A stretch of DNA of 64,000 bases from Octopus vulgaris (Eukaryota): NCBI GenBank assembly GCA_951406725.2, contig OX597815.1:24242001-24306000 (forward strand), read 5' to 3'. The notes beneath the pieces were generated by a model that made no database searches, was not told the origin of the DNA, and saw only the letters and a program-made list of their open reading frames with translations. Shown piece by piece: positions 11,640-23,659 of the stretch (positions are counted from its first letter, which is position 1; every line of letters starts with the position of its first letter). A program made the position numbers and the translations under genes.

Positions 11640-11975
11640 GGGTTTTTTTCTTGCAAGGTACTTAGTAACCCTGTTGGTGCTGGTGCCACATAAAAAGCAG
11701 CAGTGCTTGTGCCACATAAAAGCACTGGTGCTAATGCCATGTAAAAAGCACTAATGCTAGTGCCACATAAAAAAAGTCACTGGTGCCATATAAAAAGCAG
11801 CCAATACACTCTGTAAAGTGGTTGGTGTTAGGAAGGGAACCTAGCTGTAGAAACCATGTCAAAACAGACCATGAAGCCTGGTGTGGCTACCAGCCTATCA
11901 GCACCTGTCAAACCATCCAACCCATGCCAGCATGGAAAATGGATATTAAATGATGATGATGATGATGATGATGAC
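11640..11975 (+). mobile_element. Family C variant with a tandem ~25-bp hairpin array
   Basis: About five copies of GTGCCACATAAAAAGCA at 11675-11800, followed by the family C tail and (GAT)n. Confidence 0.75.
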
Positions 11976-12600
11976 GAGGTAGTGTGCTGGCAGAATCATT
12001 AGCACATTGGACAAATGCTAAATGGCATTTCTTTCAGCTCTTCACATCCTGAGTTCAAATGCAACTAAGGTTGACTTTACTTTTCATCCATTTGGGATTC
12101 ATAAAATAAGTACATGTTGAGTACTTATTTTATTGAGAGATTAAAGATATAGAGGGACAGAGATAAGTATCTTGCTGTAGATAAGCTATATAGAAACACT
12201 AGTTGGAAAAGAAAGGGGAGTGAGTTAGGGAGTGAGATAAAGATCATGGGTGAGTCAGAAAGCAAAATCGAGTGCTAACGAGAGAGATGGTGACAAAGAT
12301 GTGTCATGTGGGGGTGGGGTTGATATGCCCCCAAAGGACAATTGGAGATGGTGAGAATAAGTGATATAATCAACTAGAACCATCCCCCCAAATTTAAGGC
12401 CTTGTGTCTTTATTAGAAAGGATTAATATTATCATTAAGGCTGCATGATGGTAGAATCAGCAACATTTCGTCTTGCTCTTTACATTCTCAGTTAAATTCC
12501 TATCAAGGTCACTTTGCCTTTTGCCCTTTCAGGGTTGATAAAATGAGTACCAGTTGAGCACTGGGGGTCAATGCAATCGACTTACTCCACCTATTAAAAT
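11976..12600 (+). mobile_element. Two diverged family B SINE copies (about 11976-12130 and 12437-12600)
   Basis: GCTGGCAGAATCATTAGCAC...GAGTTCAAAT...ATAAAATAAGTAC and GATAAAATGAGTACCAGTTGAGCACTGGGG. Confidence 0.6.
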
Positions 12601-13021
12601 TGCACTTGATTACAATTTTTGCATGATGTCAAGTCAAGAAGACACCAACTCTCTCTCTCTCACTCACAAACATATATATGTTAATGGTAGTCTCTTGCAT
12701 TTGGTAGTCTAGTGCATTTAGTATGTTTTTCCATCTGTTTGTTTATTACTATACGTGTTTGACTTCTGAAAATATCATTCACATAACACAATGCACTCCT
12801 TATTTTTGACCCATATACATATATATGTATATATATATATACATATCTATATATATATATATCATCATTATTTAATTTCCATGTCCCATGTCAGCATAGG
12901 TTAGATGGCTTGACAGGATCCAATGTGTCCAAAGACTGCATCGAGCTCCAATGTCTGTTTTGACATGGTTGTTAATGCTGGATGCTCTTCCTAATGCCAA
13001 CCACTTTCAACATGAATTCTC

Positions 13022-13102
<81 letters not shown>

Positions 13103-13105
<3 letters not shown>

Positions 13106-13604
13106 GAATTAGAAGCAGTGCTAGTGTTGTAAACATTATTGAACATACGTACTCAATTGTTTGCCAGTGGGCTGTGATTTATTGCTGTGGGGATGCCTCT
13201 CTCAAAACACCAGGTGTTAAAACACCTAGAAGTCATAGACAGGTGAGACAACTTACCCCAAATACCATTCAGGAGTGATGGACGTTGATGTTTCACCATT
13301 TTTGTGACTTATCAACATCACATAGCTGAACCAAATTGAAGACAAACTGAATCGTTAGTCCATGACTATAATAGAAATAGTTTAAAAACCATTTACTGGT
13401 GTGCCACAATGATGCTTATATAAAACTAAATTCAAATATGAATTGAAACAGCGCTAGTGTTGTAAACATTATTGACCACACATATTCAATGTATGTGCTA
13501 TGCTTGTTTGCTGCTAAGCTGTGATTTAGTGCAGTGGGAATGCCTCCCTCAAAGTGCTGGGTGTTATAAAACACCTAGGATTTATAAACAAGTGAGACAA
13601 CTTC
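13103..13604. repeat. Diverged ~150-170-bp direct repeat pair (13103-13255 and 13434-13604)
   Basis: Both contain GCTAGTGTTGTAAACATTATTGA...AAAACACCTAG...GTGAGACAACTT. Confidence 0.75.
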
Positions 13605-13609
13605 AGGTA

Positions 13610-13920
13610 AAATGCTCAATTGTAGGAAAGGAGGCAGGAATGCCATACAGTGAACTCAGTGCAAACTATGGATGCACCAAAGGTATAATAGGAAGGTTAT
13701 CAGAGAAAGTCATGTTTGTATGTGGAAGATGCACAAGAGTCATAAAAACTACAGATACTTTGGAAATTGATTTCCTCAAATGCCCCAAAAGTTCCTTAGA
13801 GGATTATTTTTGCTTCCTAGGGAACCAAATTAGAAGTGGGGGAGGATGTGTGGAAAGTGTAATAGCTAGAGTAAGAATAGGATAGGGAAAATCAGAGAGC
13901 TTTTACCTCTGTTGGCAACA
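13610..13920 (+). mobile_element. RTE ORF2 fragment covering the Cys/His finger region
   Basis: GIIGRLSEKVMFVCGRCTRV...FCFLGNQIRSGGGCVESVIARVRIG, homologous to 52620-52900 (-). Confidence 0.7.
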
Positions 13921-13938
13921 GATAGATAGATATAGGGA

Positions 13939-13967
<29 letters not shown>

Positions 13968-13969
<2 letters not shown>

Positions 13970-14865
13970 CATCATCATCATCATCATTGTTTAATGTCCA
14001 TTTTCCATGCTAGCATGGGTTGGACGGTTCGACTGGGGTTTGGGAAGCTAGGAAGCTGTGCTAGGCTCCAGTCTGATCTGGCAGTATTTCTACAGCTGGA
14101 TGCCCTTCCTAATGTCAACCATTCCGTGAGTGTAGTGGGTGCTTTTTCGTACCACCGGCACAGGGGCCAGGGGAGGTTGACAAATGGCCACGATCGGTTG
14201 GTACTTTTTACGTGTCACCGACATGAACGCCAGTTAGGCGGTGCTGGCATCAGCCACATTTGGATGGTGCTTTTTACGTGCCACCGGCACAGGTATCATA
14301 ACTACAATTTCCATTTGATTTTTATTTTGATGTTGATGTTGATGTACTTGACTCAATAGGTCTCCTCAAGCACTCTATGATCCAAGGTTAGCACAGCAGG
14401 CCATCCTGCGAGCCATCCTTTGTCGGGTCTTTGCAGTCACAGCATATCTCAGAGGTCTCGGTCTTTCATCATTTCCTCTGTGAGGCCCAACATGCCACTG
14501 GCACGGGTATCACAACTACAATTTCCATTTGATTTTATTTTGATGTTGATGTACTTGACTCAATAGGTCTCCTCAAGCACTCTATGATCCAAGGTTAGCA
14601 CAGCAGGCCATCCTGCGAGCCATCATTTGTCGGGTCTTTGCAGTCACAGCATATCTCAGAGGTCTCGGTCTTTCATCATTTCCTCTGTGAGGCCCAACAT
14701 GCCACTGGCACGGGTATCACAACTACAATTTCCATTTGATTTTATTTTGATGTTGATGTACTTGACTCAATAGGTCTCCTCAAGCACAGCAGGTCGCCCT
14801 ACGATCCAAGGTTAGTACAGCAGGCCGTCCTGTGAGCCATGAACTCACTTCATTTGTCAGGTCTT
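13968..14865 (-). mobile_element. RTE LINE 3' end (ORF end + 3' UTR + family C tail) with a ~207-bp tandem triplication
   Basis: Minus strand LGLTEEMMKDRDL*DML-like ORF end (homologous to 52255-52290) is continuous with the family C tail ending in (GAT)n at 13968. Units start at 14280, 14494 and 14701. Confidence 0.75.
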
Positions 14866-15174
14866 CATATATATAGACATATATCATCATCATCATCATC
14901 ATAAAGTCCACTTTTCCATTACTCCATGGATTGAATAAAATTTGTTGAGGTGGATTTTCTAAATCCAGATGCCTTTCTATCACCAACTTTCACCTGTTTC
15001 CCAGCAAGGTAAAATTTCTCCATGGCTAGACATGTTTTCACTGAAGATTGGAAATGAAGAACACAGCTTGCGTGATAGTGACACTACCACAGAGTTATGC
15101 CTGCACATGGAGAATGAAATTTCTCAAGTGCCCAGAATGCTTCCTAGAAGTAGTAGATAGTTTCTGATACTTAA

Positions 15175-15394
15175 CCCTTTCGTTACCAACCTGGCTGAAA
15201 CCGGCTGTAGCTCTGTAGTACAAATGTCTTGTTTTCATAAGTTTTGAATTAGAATCTTCCACCAAACCTTAGTCACAATTTGTGCTCCTAACACTATCTT
15301 AATGATGACTAAATTATTTTACTAAATTCTGTGTTATATTTAAAATAATTGAAAAAACACAGAGCATCTCAAAATAAATATGGTAATGAAAGGG
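15175..15394. mobile_element. piggyBac-type MITE (family 1), opposite orientation
   Basis: TTAA at 15171-15174 and 15395-15398; CCCTTTCGTTAC...GTAATGAAAGGG. Confidence 0.85.
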
Positions 15395-15429
15395 TTAAAT
15401 GACTGAATTATTAGTGGAGGAAGACGCTC

Positions 15430-15745
15430 AGAAAATGATTGTATGGTGCTTGTATATGAACAGAAATGCTACATGGTAGTGATATGTGGGCTTTGAAAAC
15501 ATAAGACACGTGAAGGATAGAAAGAAATGAAGAAAGCATGCTCTGCTGGATGTGCATGTATGACAAAGTGCAAATGTGTTGAGAGAATTGCACATAAGAA
15601 ACATCAGACCATACATGAAACTATGCCAAAAGGGAGACTGAAGCATGGTGCAGTGGGCCCTTTGAATCCTGTCAAACTATCCAACTTATGCCAGCATGGG
15701 ACATGAACATTAAATGATGATGTGATGATGACGATGATGATGATA
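15430..15745 (+). mobile_element. Decayed RTE 3' fragment ending in a family C-like tail
   Basis: LYGACI*TEMLHGSDMWALKT...IERNEESMLCWM, then TCCAACTTATGCCAGCATGG...(GAT)n. Confidence 0.6.
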
Positions 15746-15769
15746 TATGTATATATGTATGTATGTATG

Positions 15770-16189
15770 TTGTGCTAGCGGGGTGCAAAGAGTACCATAC
15801 AAGTGTGATTGTTGACAGAGTGGCTAATCGGCTTCCATGCCAGTGGCATATAAAAGGCACCATTTGAGTGTGATTGTTATCAGTGTCATCTTACTGGCAC
15901 TTGTGCCTGTGCTAGTAGGGTGCCAAGAGCACCATCCGATTGTTGACCAGAGCAGCTAACTGGCTTCCATGCCGGTGGCACGTAAAAGGCACCATTCGAG
16001 CGTGATCGTTACCAGCGTCACCTTACTGGCACCTGTGCCTGTGGCATGTGTAAAAAGATTTGAGCGAGGTCATTGCCAGATCAAGATTGGAGCCTGGTGC
16101 AGCCATCTGGTTCGCCAGCCCTCAGTCAAAATCATCCAACCCATGCTAGCATGGAAAGCGGACGTTAAACGATGATGATGATGATGATG
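15770..16189 (+). mobile_element. Family C retroposon (C2) with an extended modular 5' region
   Basis: A ~130-bp block is repeated (about 15835-15965 and 15966-16080); tail CCATGCTAGCATGGAAAGCGGACGTTAAAC(GAT)n. Confidence 0.8.
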
Positions 16190-16592
16190 TACATACTTTT
16201 GTCTAAATAATAGGCACAATCTTGGCTAATAGGGTTATTTTGCAGTGTGTCAGATTACAGAGTCCTCCTTACCCTATGATGCATTCATTTACTTGTGACA
16301 GTGTGACCAGGAAAGGGGAATAGAAGAGTGATGGCCAAAGAAGGGAATAAAAAGAGAGTGACTGGGGTGGTAGTGTGATAGGTTGGGGAAATAGAATGAT
16401 GGATAATAATGGAGTTCAATGGGTATGAAGGTGAGTGATGGATGTCAAAAGCAAGTGGCTTGATAGAGAAAGGGTAATAGCAAAGCATATGAGACTTGAT
16501 ACAATCTCTTATTCATAGTTCTTGTGAGGGGTGATTGCAGTTGAGTGAGAAGGAAGAGTGTTGTGGCAATTGAAATATGGGTAGTTTCAATA

Positions 16593-16818
16593 CCTATTTC
16601 TTTATTACCCACAAGGGGCTAAACATAGAGGGGACAAACAAGGACAGACATAGGTATTAAGTCGATTACAGTGACCCCAGTGCGTAACTGGTACTTAATT
16701 TATCGACCCCGAAAGGATGAAAGGCAAAGTCGACCTTGATGGAATTTGAACTCACAACGTAACAGCAGTCAAAAGCATTTCGCCCGGCGTGCTAACGTTT
16801 CTGCCAGCTCGCCGCCTT
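16593..16818 (-). mobile_element. SINE family B, young copy with 19-bp TSD
   Basis: TSD AATATGGGTAGTTTCAATA at 16574-16592 and 16819-16837; CpGs retained. Confidence 0.9.
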
Positions 16819-19755
16819 AATATGGGTAGTTTCAATAACCATCCCTCATAATATGGACAGCATGGCACAGTGAATGAAAGAGAAGGAGAGAGCCAAAGAG
16901 ATGAGTGAGAGAGTTGGACATGTCTAATGATCTCTTAGAAACATAGTGCGGTGAGTAAGAGAGCTCCACTACTACCCTTAGTCTTATTGAAAGCATAGTA
17001 GAATGAATAGAACAGAAGGTTTCTACTATGCCTCTGCTCCTCAGAGTTAGTTGGTTGCATGAAATCTTTAACAATACATACTCAAAACACTTATCTCCAC
17101 TTCCTTCATTTTCATATCATGACCCTCCCTAGTTTTGCACAAACAATTATCTTGTGTCCTTCCTTTCCAAAGTGTCATCCTGTTGGAATCCTCTTCCAGC
17201 CATGTTTTTCTCTTGCAGTTGTTGAAAATGAACATCAACCTTATAGATCTTATCAAACTCAGAAAACTTGCAAAGGCCATAGGAGTAATTTCTTCCTCTT
17301 TAATAAGCCATTAAATATACACATTCCCTGTATAATAGTGTCAATCTTATAAAATAATACAGGTTTATGCATCTCACACCATTGCCATCACAATGAATTC
17401 CTTTATTGTTAGTGATGAATGCTTGTGTGAGAAGAGTTTAACATAGATAATCTGTTACACATCAGTCACCAGTGAAACTATGCAGCCCTAGATAAAATTA
17501 TAAATTAATCTAAGATGATTTAGGGCACTGTTTTGAATCTGAGTATGAGAACAGCCCCTAGTGTTCTGAGCCTTCTGCAGGTCCAGAGTAGGACTTGAAT
17601 ATAATGAGCTGTATCTATATTTACAGCCAGCATGAACTTAGCCAATAAGTGTTAAATATCTTGGTCATGGACACAGAGCATGGTAGTAATCAGATACTAT
17701 TGACTAGTATTTCAGAAAGTTTCAATTTTCTATGATGACTACATTCTTTTATATTTAGATATATGTGCATAGAAACATATTTGGCAACATTTTTGAGATT
17801 ACCAACCCATTTACCAAAGGGTCAACATCTTGTATCCAGTAACTGGTTTTGAACTGTGATGATAGCAAAGATATTTAAGTCATCAACATATAAGTTTTCA
17901 TGATAAAGTGAGACAGCATATTCTACCTTCATAAGCAGAGAAGGCACAACATAATTAATATATGCTTTCATAAACTGGTCTCAGAATTTTCCATAGATGA
18001 ATGCAAAGAAGGTGGTTCCAAAAGAAGTATTAATTTTCAAGCTATGTCAAGAACATTGCTCTGATTCTTCACTTTAAAGCTATAATAGAGATTATTCTCA
18101 TTGCACTTTTACTGTATTTAGATGTATCTAGTTTGATATCTAGCTAAGGAAAAATAGCACCAGGAACCTTTTCAGAACCTGGTAGGAGGGAAAGATTACT
18201 TGTATCCATATTGAAGACCTAGCCTGAATATTTGCATCAGAGTTGACAGTGCTAAAAGTACCCAAGACAGTAATGTTAAAATGGACAGTAGATTAAATCT
18301 ACCACCTAAAAATAAAAACATATCCCTCAAGTTGACTTATGTCTGCTAAATTTCCTTCATAAGGTTTTGGTTGACTCTAGGCTATGATGGAAGACACTTT
18401 GCACAAAATTCCACTCAATGGGATTCAGTCTGAAATTATGATGGCAGAGCAAAATTAACCCCATATCTATGCTTGTGCTCACAAAATTTGTTTTATAGAA
18501 CCTAAATTCTACTGATATCAGCTGTGCTTTTCATTCATATATGGATGTACTCAAGATATTATCTGACTGAGCTCTGTTAACATCATTTAATTCTGTATTA
18601 GTAATATCACTGATTAAATACTAGTAATATAATTTCATTGAGGCAATTGGTACATTTCATTTGTAGCATTTTTTATATTCTGATTTTGCCATGCAAACAC
18701 CAAGCGCAATTTGGAAGAAAGGTTTAGGAAGTAATCAGAGGATGAGAGGCAGTCTCTGTTACTGTTAATAGTATTATTCTGATTAATTATGTGATAGCAG
18801 TGGTACATGCTTCCCTTTGACCTTACTAACATTGTGGAGAGTGAAGACTGACCAGATCTATCCCCTGAAAGGAACCCAGATTATCTCTCAATGATCCTGA
18901 AAGAGTGAAGGATGCCAAAGAAGAAGAATATATTTGCCATGCCAGAAATGAGACAAAAGGGAAGCAAAGACCCAATCCAGAGCAATGAGACAAAAGCTGA
19001 TAATGAGTTTTCATACATGTGCTAAGTCAGAAATTTGGGAAGATGGTACAGTTGATTATATGTAGTACTTGATCTAATATTTGACTAGCACGGTTTTTTT
19101 TATCAATCCCAAAAGGACGAAAGGCAAAGTCAAATTTCATAGGATTTTGAATCAGACTGTTAAGAGATGTAACCACTTGACATTTTGTTTGGCATTACAC
19201 CATTCTGCCCCTCTCCCCACTCCACACTGACAATGATGATCGTGATTATGATCATCATTTTTTAATATTGTTTACAAGGGACTTATGACATAGGGGATAA
19301 CACAAAAGATGGAATACAACACAGTGTATTTACACGAAAGTGTGTAACAAGAAAGTAACATCACAACTATAGATTACAATAAAATACCAACAAGGAAAAG
19401 TCCCTAAAAGTGGGTTGGACAACCACCCAAGGCCAATCAATGAACCCAGTAGATCTTGGATTAAGCTGACTGCTAAAGGCCAGTGCTCTCATCCAGCAAT
19501 CATCCTTCAGTTCACATGTGAATGCTGTAAGTAGTTCCATTCACTTGGGCCATGCTATTTACTCTCATTACTTTTTTGCTAATTAAAACAAGAAAAATTT
19601 CAATGTGGGCTTGCTTAAAGTGGAAAGTGACTGTCTTTAGTTTCCTTTTATCATAGTAACTAGATAGAGAAAAACTTCCAGCCCTTTCTAACCAAAGAAA
19701 GGCATGTAAAGTGATCTTCACAATGGACTTAACTGACAGCTAGATCCATCCTATA

Positions 19756-20005
19756 TCATCATCATCATCATCGTTTAGCATTCACTTTCCATGCTAGCAT
19801 GGGTTGGATGGTTCAACTGGGGTCTGGGAAGCCAGAAGGCTGCACCAGGCCCAGTCTGATCTGGCAATGTTTCTACGGCTAGATGCCCTTCCTAACGCCA
19901 ACCACTCCGTGAGTGTAGTGGGTGCTTTTTATGTGCCACCAGCACAGGTGCCAGACGAGGCTGGCAAACGGCCACGATCGGATGGTGCTTTTTACGTGCC
20001 AGGCA
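19756..20005 (-). mobile_element. Family C retroposon (C1)
   Basis: Conserved tail and module. Confidence 0.85.
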
Positions 20006-20699
20006 ACAATGATTTCACAAAACTCCAGATGTCACAGTGACTCAGATATTGGATAAGTGTGTACAAAATTGTTTTGTGCTTGGCACTTATCTGACTGGCC
20101 TGGCTGACATTACTTCCTTGCCTAGAGAGCTTATCTCAAATTCCTTTCCCCACCAGTAGCACTTTCAAGTTTCTAGAACTTATCTGTAGTCCTTAGGCTG
20201 AAAGTCATCTACATTGGACTGGCACCTTCATTCTCTTTGACACCAAGAACTTCTTGAAGCATGTTGCCATCTTTCCCTACAATTAGTTCTCTGGAGAAAT
20301 GCTAATGTGGAAGTTCCAGTGGGTACATTGCCTGACTGGTAGTGATCTGTGGGCACCCGACAACATTTCACATACCAGGCAACATCTTTTCCTTTTTGCT
20401 CAACCATATCTGCTTACTGTTCTGAAACCACTATACGTGATTCAACCTCAGCACAGTACTGAGCTCTGAGTACCATCTGACTAGTGAAACATGTCTTTTT
20501 CCACAATGACTCTAAGAACAGAGATGGCAAGCTGATCACGTGGAAACTAGTGTAAGCTATGACAGTTAGGAGGCAATGTGTGTGTGTGTGATACCGCTAT
20601 CTGACCTTTCTGGGGACAGCTTCTTCAATCCATCACCAGGTGAGAGAGTTAACCCTGCTTGTAACATCATCCTAGTTCCTGTCCACTTGAGGCACTAGT

Positions 20700-20942
20700 G
20701 TCATCATCATCATCATCATCGTTTAGCATCCGCTTTCCATGCTGGCATGGGTTGGACGGTGCAACTGGGGTCTGGGGAGCCAGGAGGTTGCACCAGGCCC
20801 AGTCTGATATGGCAATGTTTCTACAGCTGGATGCCCTTCCTAACGCCAACCACTCTATGAGTGTAGTGGGTGCTTTTTACGTGTCACCTGCACAGGTGCC
20901 AGACAAGTCTGGCAAACGGCCGCGGTCGGATGGTGCTTTTTA
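20700..20942 (-). mobile_element. Family C retroposon (C1)
   Basis: Very similar to the 19756 copy. Confidence 0.85.
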
Positions 20943-21334
20943 AGTATGGGTGGCACTTTTGGATCTGCTGTAGGCAATATGTGTTTTTTGTGGGGTCTGG
21001 GGTAAGCAAACTGAAGGGCCACTCCAGGCAGCACACACGCTAGCTATACTAATGTTTGGAGGTCTGGACTGAACCAGATTCCAACTAACATAATAGGTTC
21101 ATTAGTCCTGTACCCAGCTACACTATCCACCAGTATGGAATTCCATTCCCAGGTGTTGGGCGTCAAGCAGTTGTAGAAGTAAACAGAAACTGTGCTTAAA
21201 TAATATCCTTTGTTTCTTAACAAAAAATTAAAACAATAAACTAAAGTTCAAATGAGTAAGTGGTTGAAAGTGCATCTAGTCATGAAATTACCTGCTCTAG
21301 TAATATCTAAATATTCCAAATATTTGCATGCATG

Positions 21335-21739
21335 TGTGACTATATATATATATATATAAATAGACACACACACACACACATATATAATATATATAGACAC
21401 ACACACACACATATATATATACATGTATGTGTGTGTATATATATATATATATATACACACACATATATATATACATACATATGTATACATATAAGCATAA
21501 ATACATATATATATACATACATGTATATATATATATATACATACATATATATAAATATACATACATATATATATACACATACATGTATATATATATATAC
21601 ATATATATATATACATACATGTATATATATATATACATATATATATATACATACATGTATATATATATACATATATATATATACATACATGTATATATAT
21701 ATATACATATATACATACATGTATGTATATATATACATA

Positions 21740-21783
<44 letters not shown>

Positions 21784-21865
21784 CATGTACATATATATAA
21801 GTACATGTGCATATATATACATACATTCACATATATATATAACATATACATACATACATATGTGT
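21335..21865. repeat. (TA)n/(TACA)n compound microsatellite with ~30-bp higher-order periodicity
   Basis: ATACATACATGTATATATATATATACATATATAT-like units are repeated. Confidence 0.95.
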
Positions 21866-22000
21866 GTAGTGAGAATTAACAAAAAAAAAAGGCGAAGACG
21901 AGTGTGTAAACAACAAACGGATGTATTAGTTTAACGCTCGGGAAGTGAGAAAGTGTTTTACGTTTCGAGCCTACGCTCTTCGACGGAAAGGAACACAGAA
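21866..22000 (-). mobile_element. Short Penelope-like terminal fragment with a hammerhead-like fold
   Basis: Minus strand 21990-21955 reads CTTT-CCGTCGA-A-GAGC-gtag-GCTC-GAAAC-GTA-AAAC; embedded in TA microsatellite. Confidence 0.45.
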
Positions 22001-22037
<37 letters not shown>

Positions 22038-22970
22038 CGTACATATATGTACATACCTATATCTATCTATCTATATGTACATGTACACACACAAACATAT
22101 ATATGTACACGTATATAATGAAATACGTATGATTACTAAATTATAACACTTTAATTTAGTGTAGAAAGATAAAATATCAGATAATGAAAATGTCAATCAA
22201 GAATGGTAACAGAATCTAGATTAGGACAAACATTTAGCAAATAGAATCTGGCGTCAGAAGAAAAAAAGTGGAATGGAAAGAAACGGAAGACAGTAGAAAT
22301 GAGAACGATATAAATTAAACCGAACGAGATGAAAAGAATGCCGAAAAGAATGATAGTTACAGAAGGGGTTGTGAGTAGCGAGTGTAAAAGATGCATTATT
22401 CCAGTTTGCAACTGGATGTAACGGAGGTGTTAAGGAACAGAAGTGTATTCAATTTCATATGATCGTGTAGCCGGCAAATGTTAGCTGTCATTACATATAT
22501 ACCTATTTATGTTTACAAAAACATTTGTTTTATGCTAATTGTGTGTATAAAAATTGATATATATATATATATTTGACTGGGCACCGGGCCAATTTTTATA
22601 GGGGAAAGATGTAGTCATTTTTAATCGATGTTATAAGCAGTGCTAGTTTGTTGAAGCCCCCGAGTAGAGTAAAAAGACATTATCACCACCGATAACATTT
22701 TAGACCTCAGTACAGAGAATTATCCAACTTAGATACTTAAAAAAAAAAAAAAAAAAAAAAAAAAGTAACCAGCCTGGTGTCCTGGCTGCCTCCTTCATCT
22801 CTACTTGTCCGTGTGTGTATAAATATTACTCAAGGCTGTTATAGTATTAAACGCCATTCTTGTTATTTTCTCAATGAAACTTTTCTCTGGCGAGAATATT
22901 TGTAGATACTAGTTAGTAGATATTAGTGAGTCACTTAAGTTTGTCTAGTTGTTCTTTTTTTATTATTACT

Positions 22971-23013
<43 letters not shown>

Positions 23014-23269
23014 TGGATAAGTCGAACAAGCAAGAAAAATAATTAAAAACAAACAAAAAAATCCTTCATAATTTATAGGCCATCAATTAACAGTTTAGAT
23101 GAAGGAAAAAAAGCACATATAAAAATACATGGATGGTGACATTAGCAGTAATACGGTCTTATGTTGCTAATGAAAAACGAAGACATATTACTATGTAATG
23201 AAAAAAAAAATGGAAATGATTTTGAAGAGTATAAAATAAGTTGCAGGCGAACAACATTCGACTGTCAGT

Positions 23270-23420
23270 CCGAATACGCCATTTAGACTAGTTGGAGGAG
23301 GGGAGGCGTGTCTGTTGAATGAGAGGCGGATTTAATAAGAGTCACATGATGTGCCAATCACAAATACAGCTAAAGTTACGACTTAAATTCTTGTCTTACC
23401 GGGGGAAAGTTCAGTGTTCT
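23270..23420 (+). promoter_or_regulatory. Candidate proximal promoter of the myosin II gene
   Basis: YY1-like CGCCATTT (about 23277), GC-box-like GGGGAGGCGTGT (23300-23311), E-box GTCACATGA (23341-23349), CCAAT box GCCAATCA (23353-23360), Inr-like TCAGT (23411). Lies in a CpG-retaining, TE-poor stretch. Confidence 0.5.
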
Positions 23421-23659
23421 CCGTCATTGATCGGAGAATAAAGTAGAAAGAAAAGAAAAGTGGCTGTTTTTTTTACTAACAACACCAGCAGAACATTTCT
23501 GCGTGCATTTGAAGCTTTGGAGTCTAACCTGTTTCGTAATTTTAGTTGATTTCAGCTCCTAACTAAAAAAAAAAAAAAAAAAATTATCGGGCCAGCATCA
23601 CAGCCCTGATATAAGCGCCATTCACTTTATACACACACACACACACACAGCTACACAAA

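Noticed and set aside
14139-14290. CRISPR array interpretation of the 24-bp repeat with ~40-bp spacers
   Set aside because: Eukaryotic context, no cas genes, spacers are homologous to each other, and the array is part of a dispersed retroposon.
19270-20400. Possible old L1/Tx1-like LINE remnant on the minus strand
   Set aside because: Only a vague compositional impression; no motif I could translate with confidence.
21290-21310. Possible 15-nt minus-strand microexon (AG|ATATTACTAGAGCAG|GTAATT)
   Set aside because: No polypyrimidine tract and adjacent to a microsatellite; expected by chance.
22193-22411. Hydrophobic 72-aa minus-strand ORF near the promoter
   Set aside because: Derived from T-rich low-complexity sequence; no recognisable homology or splice support.
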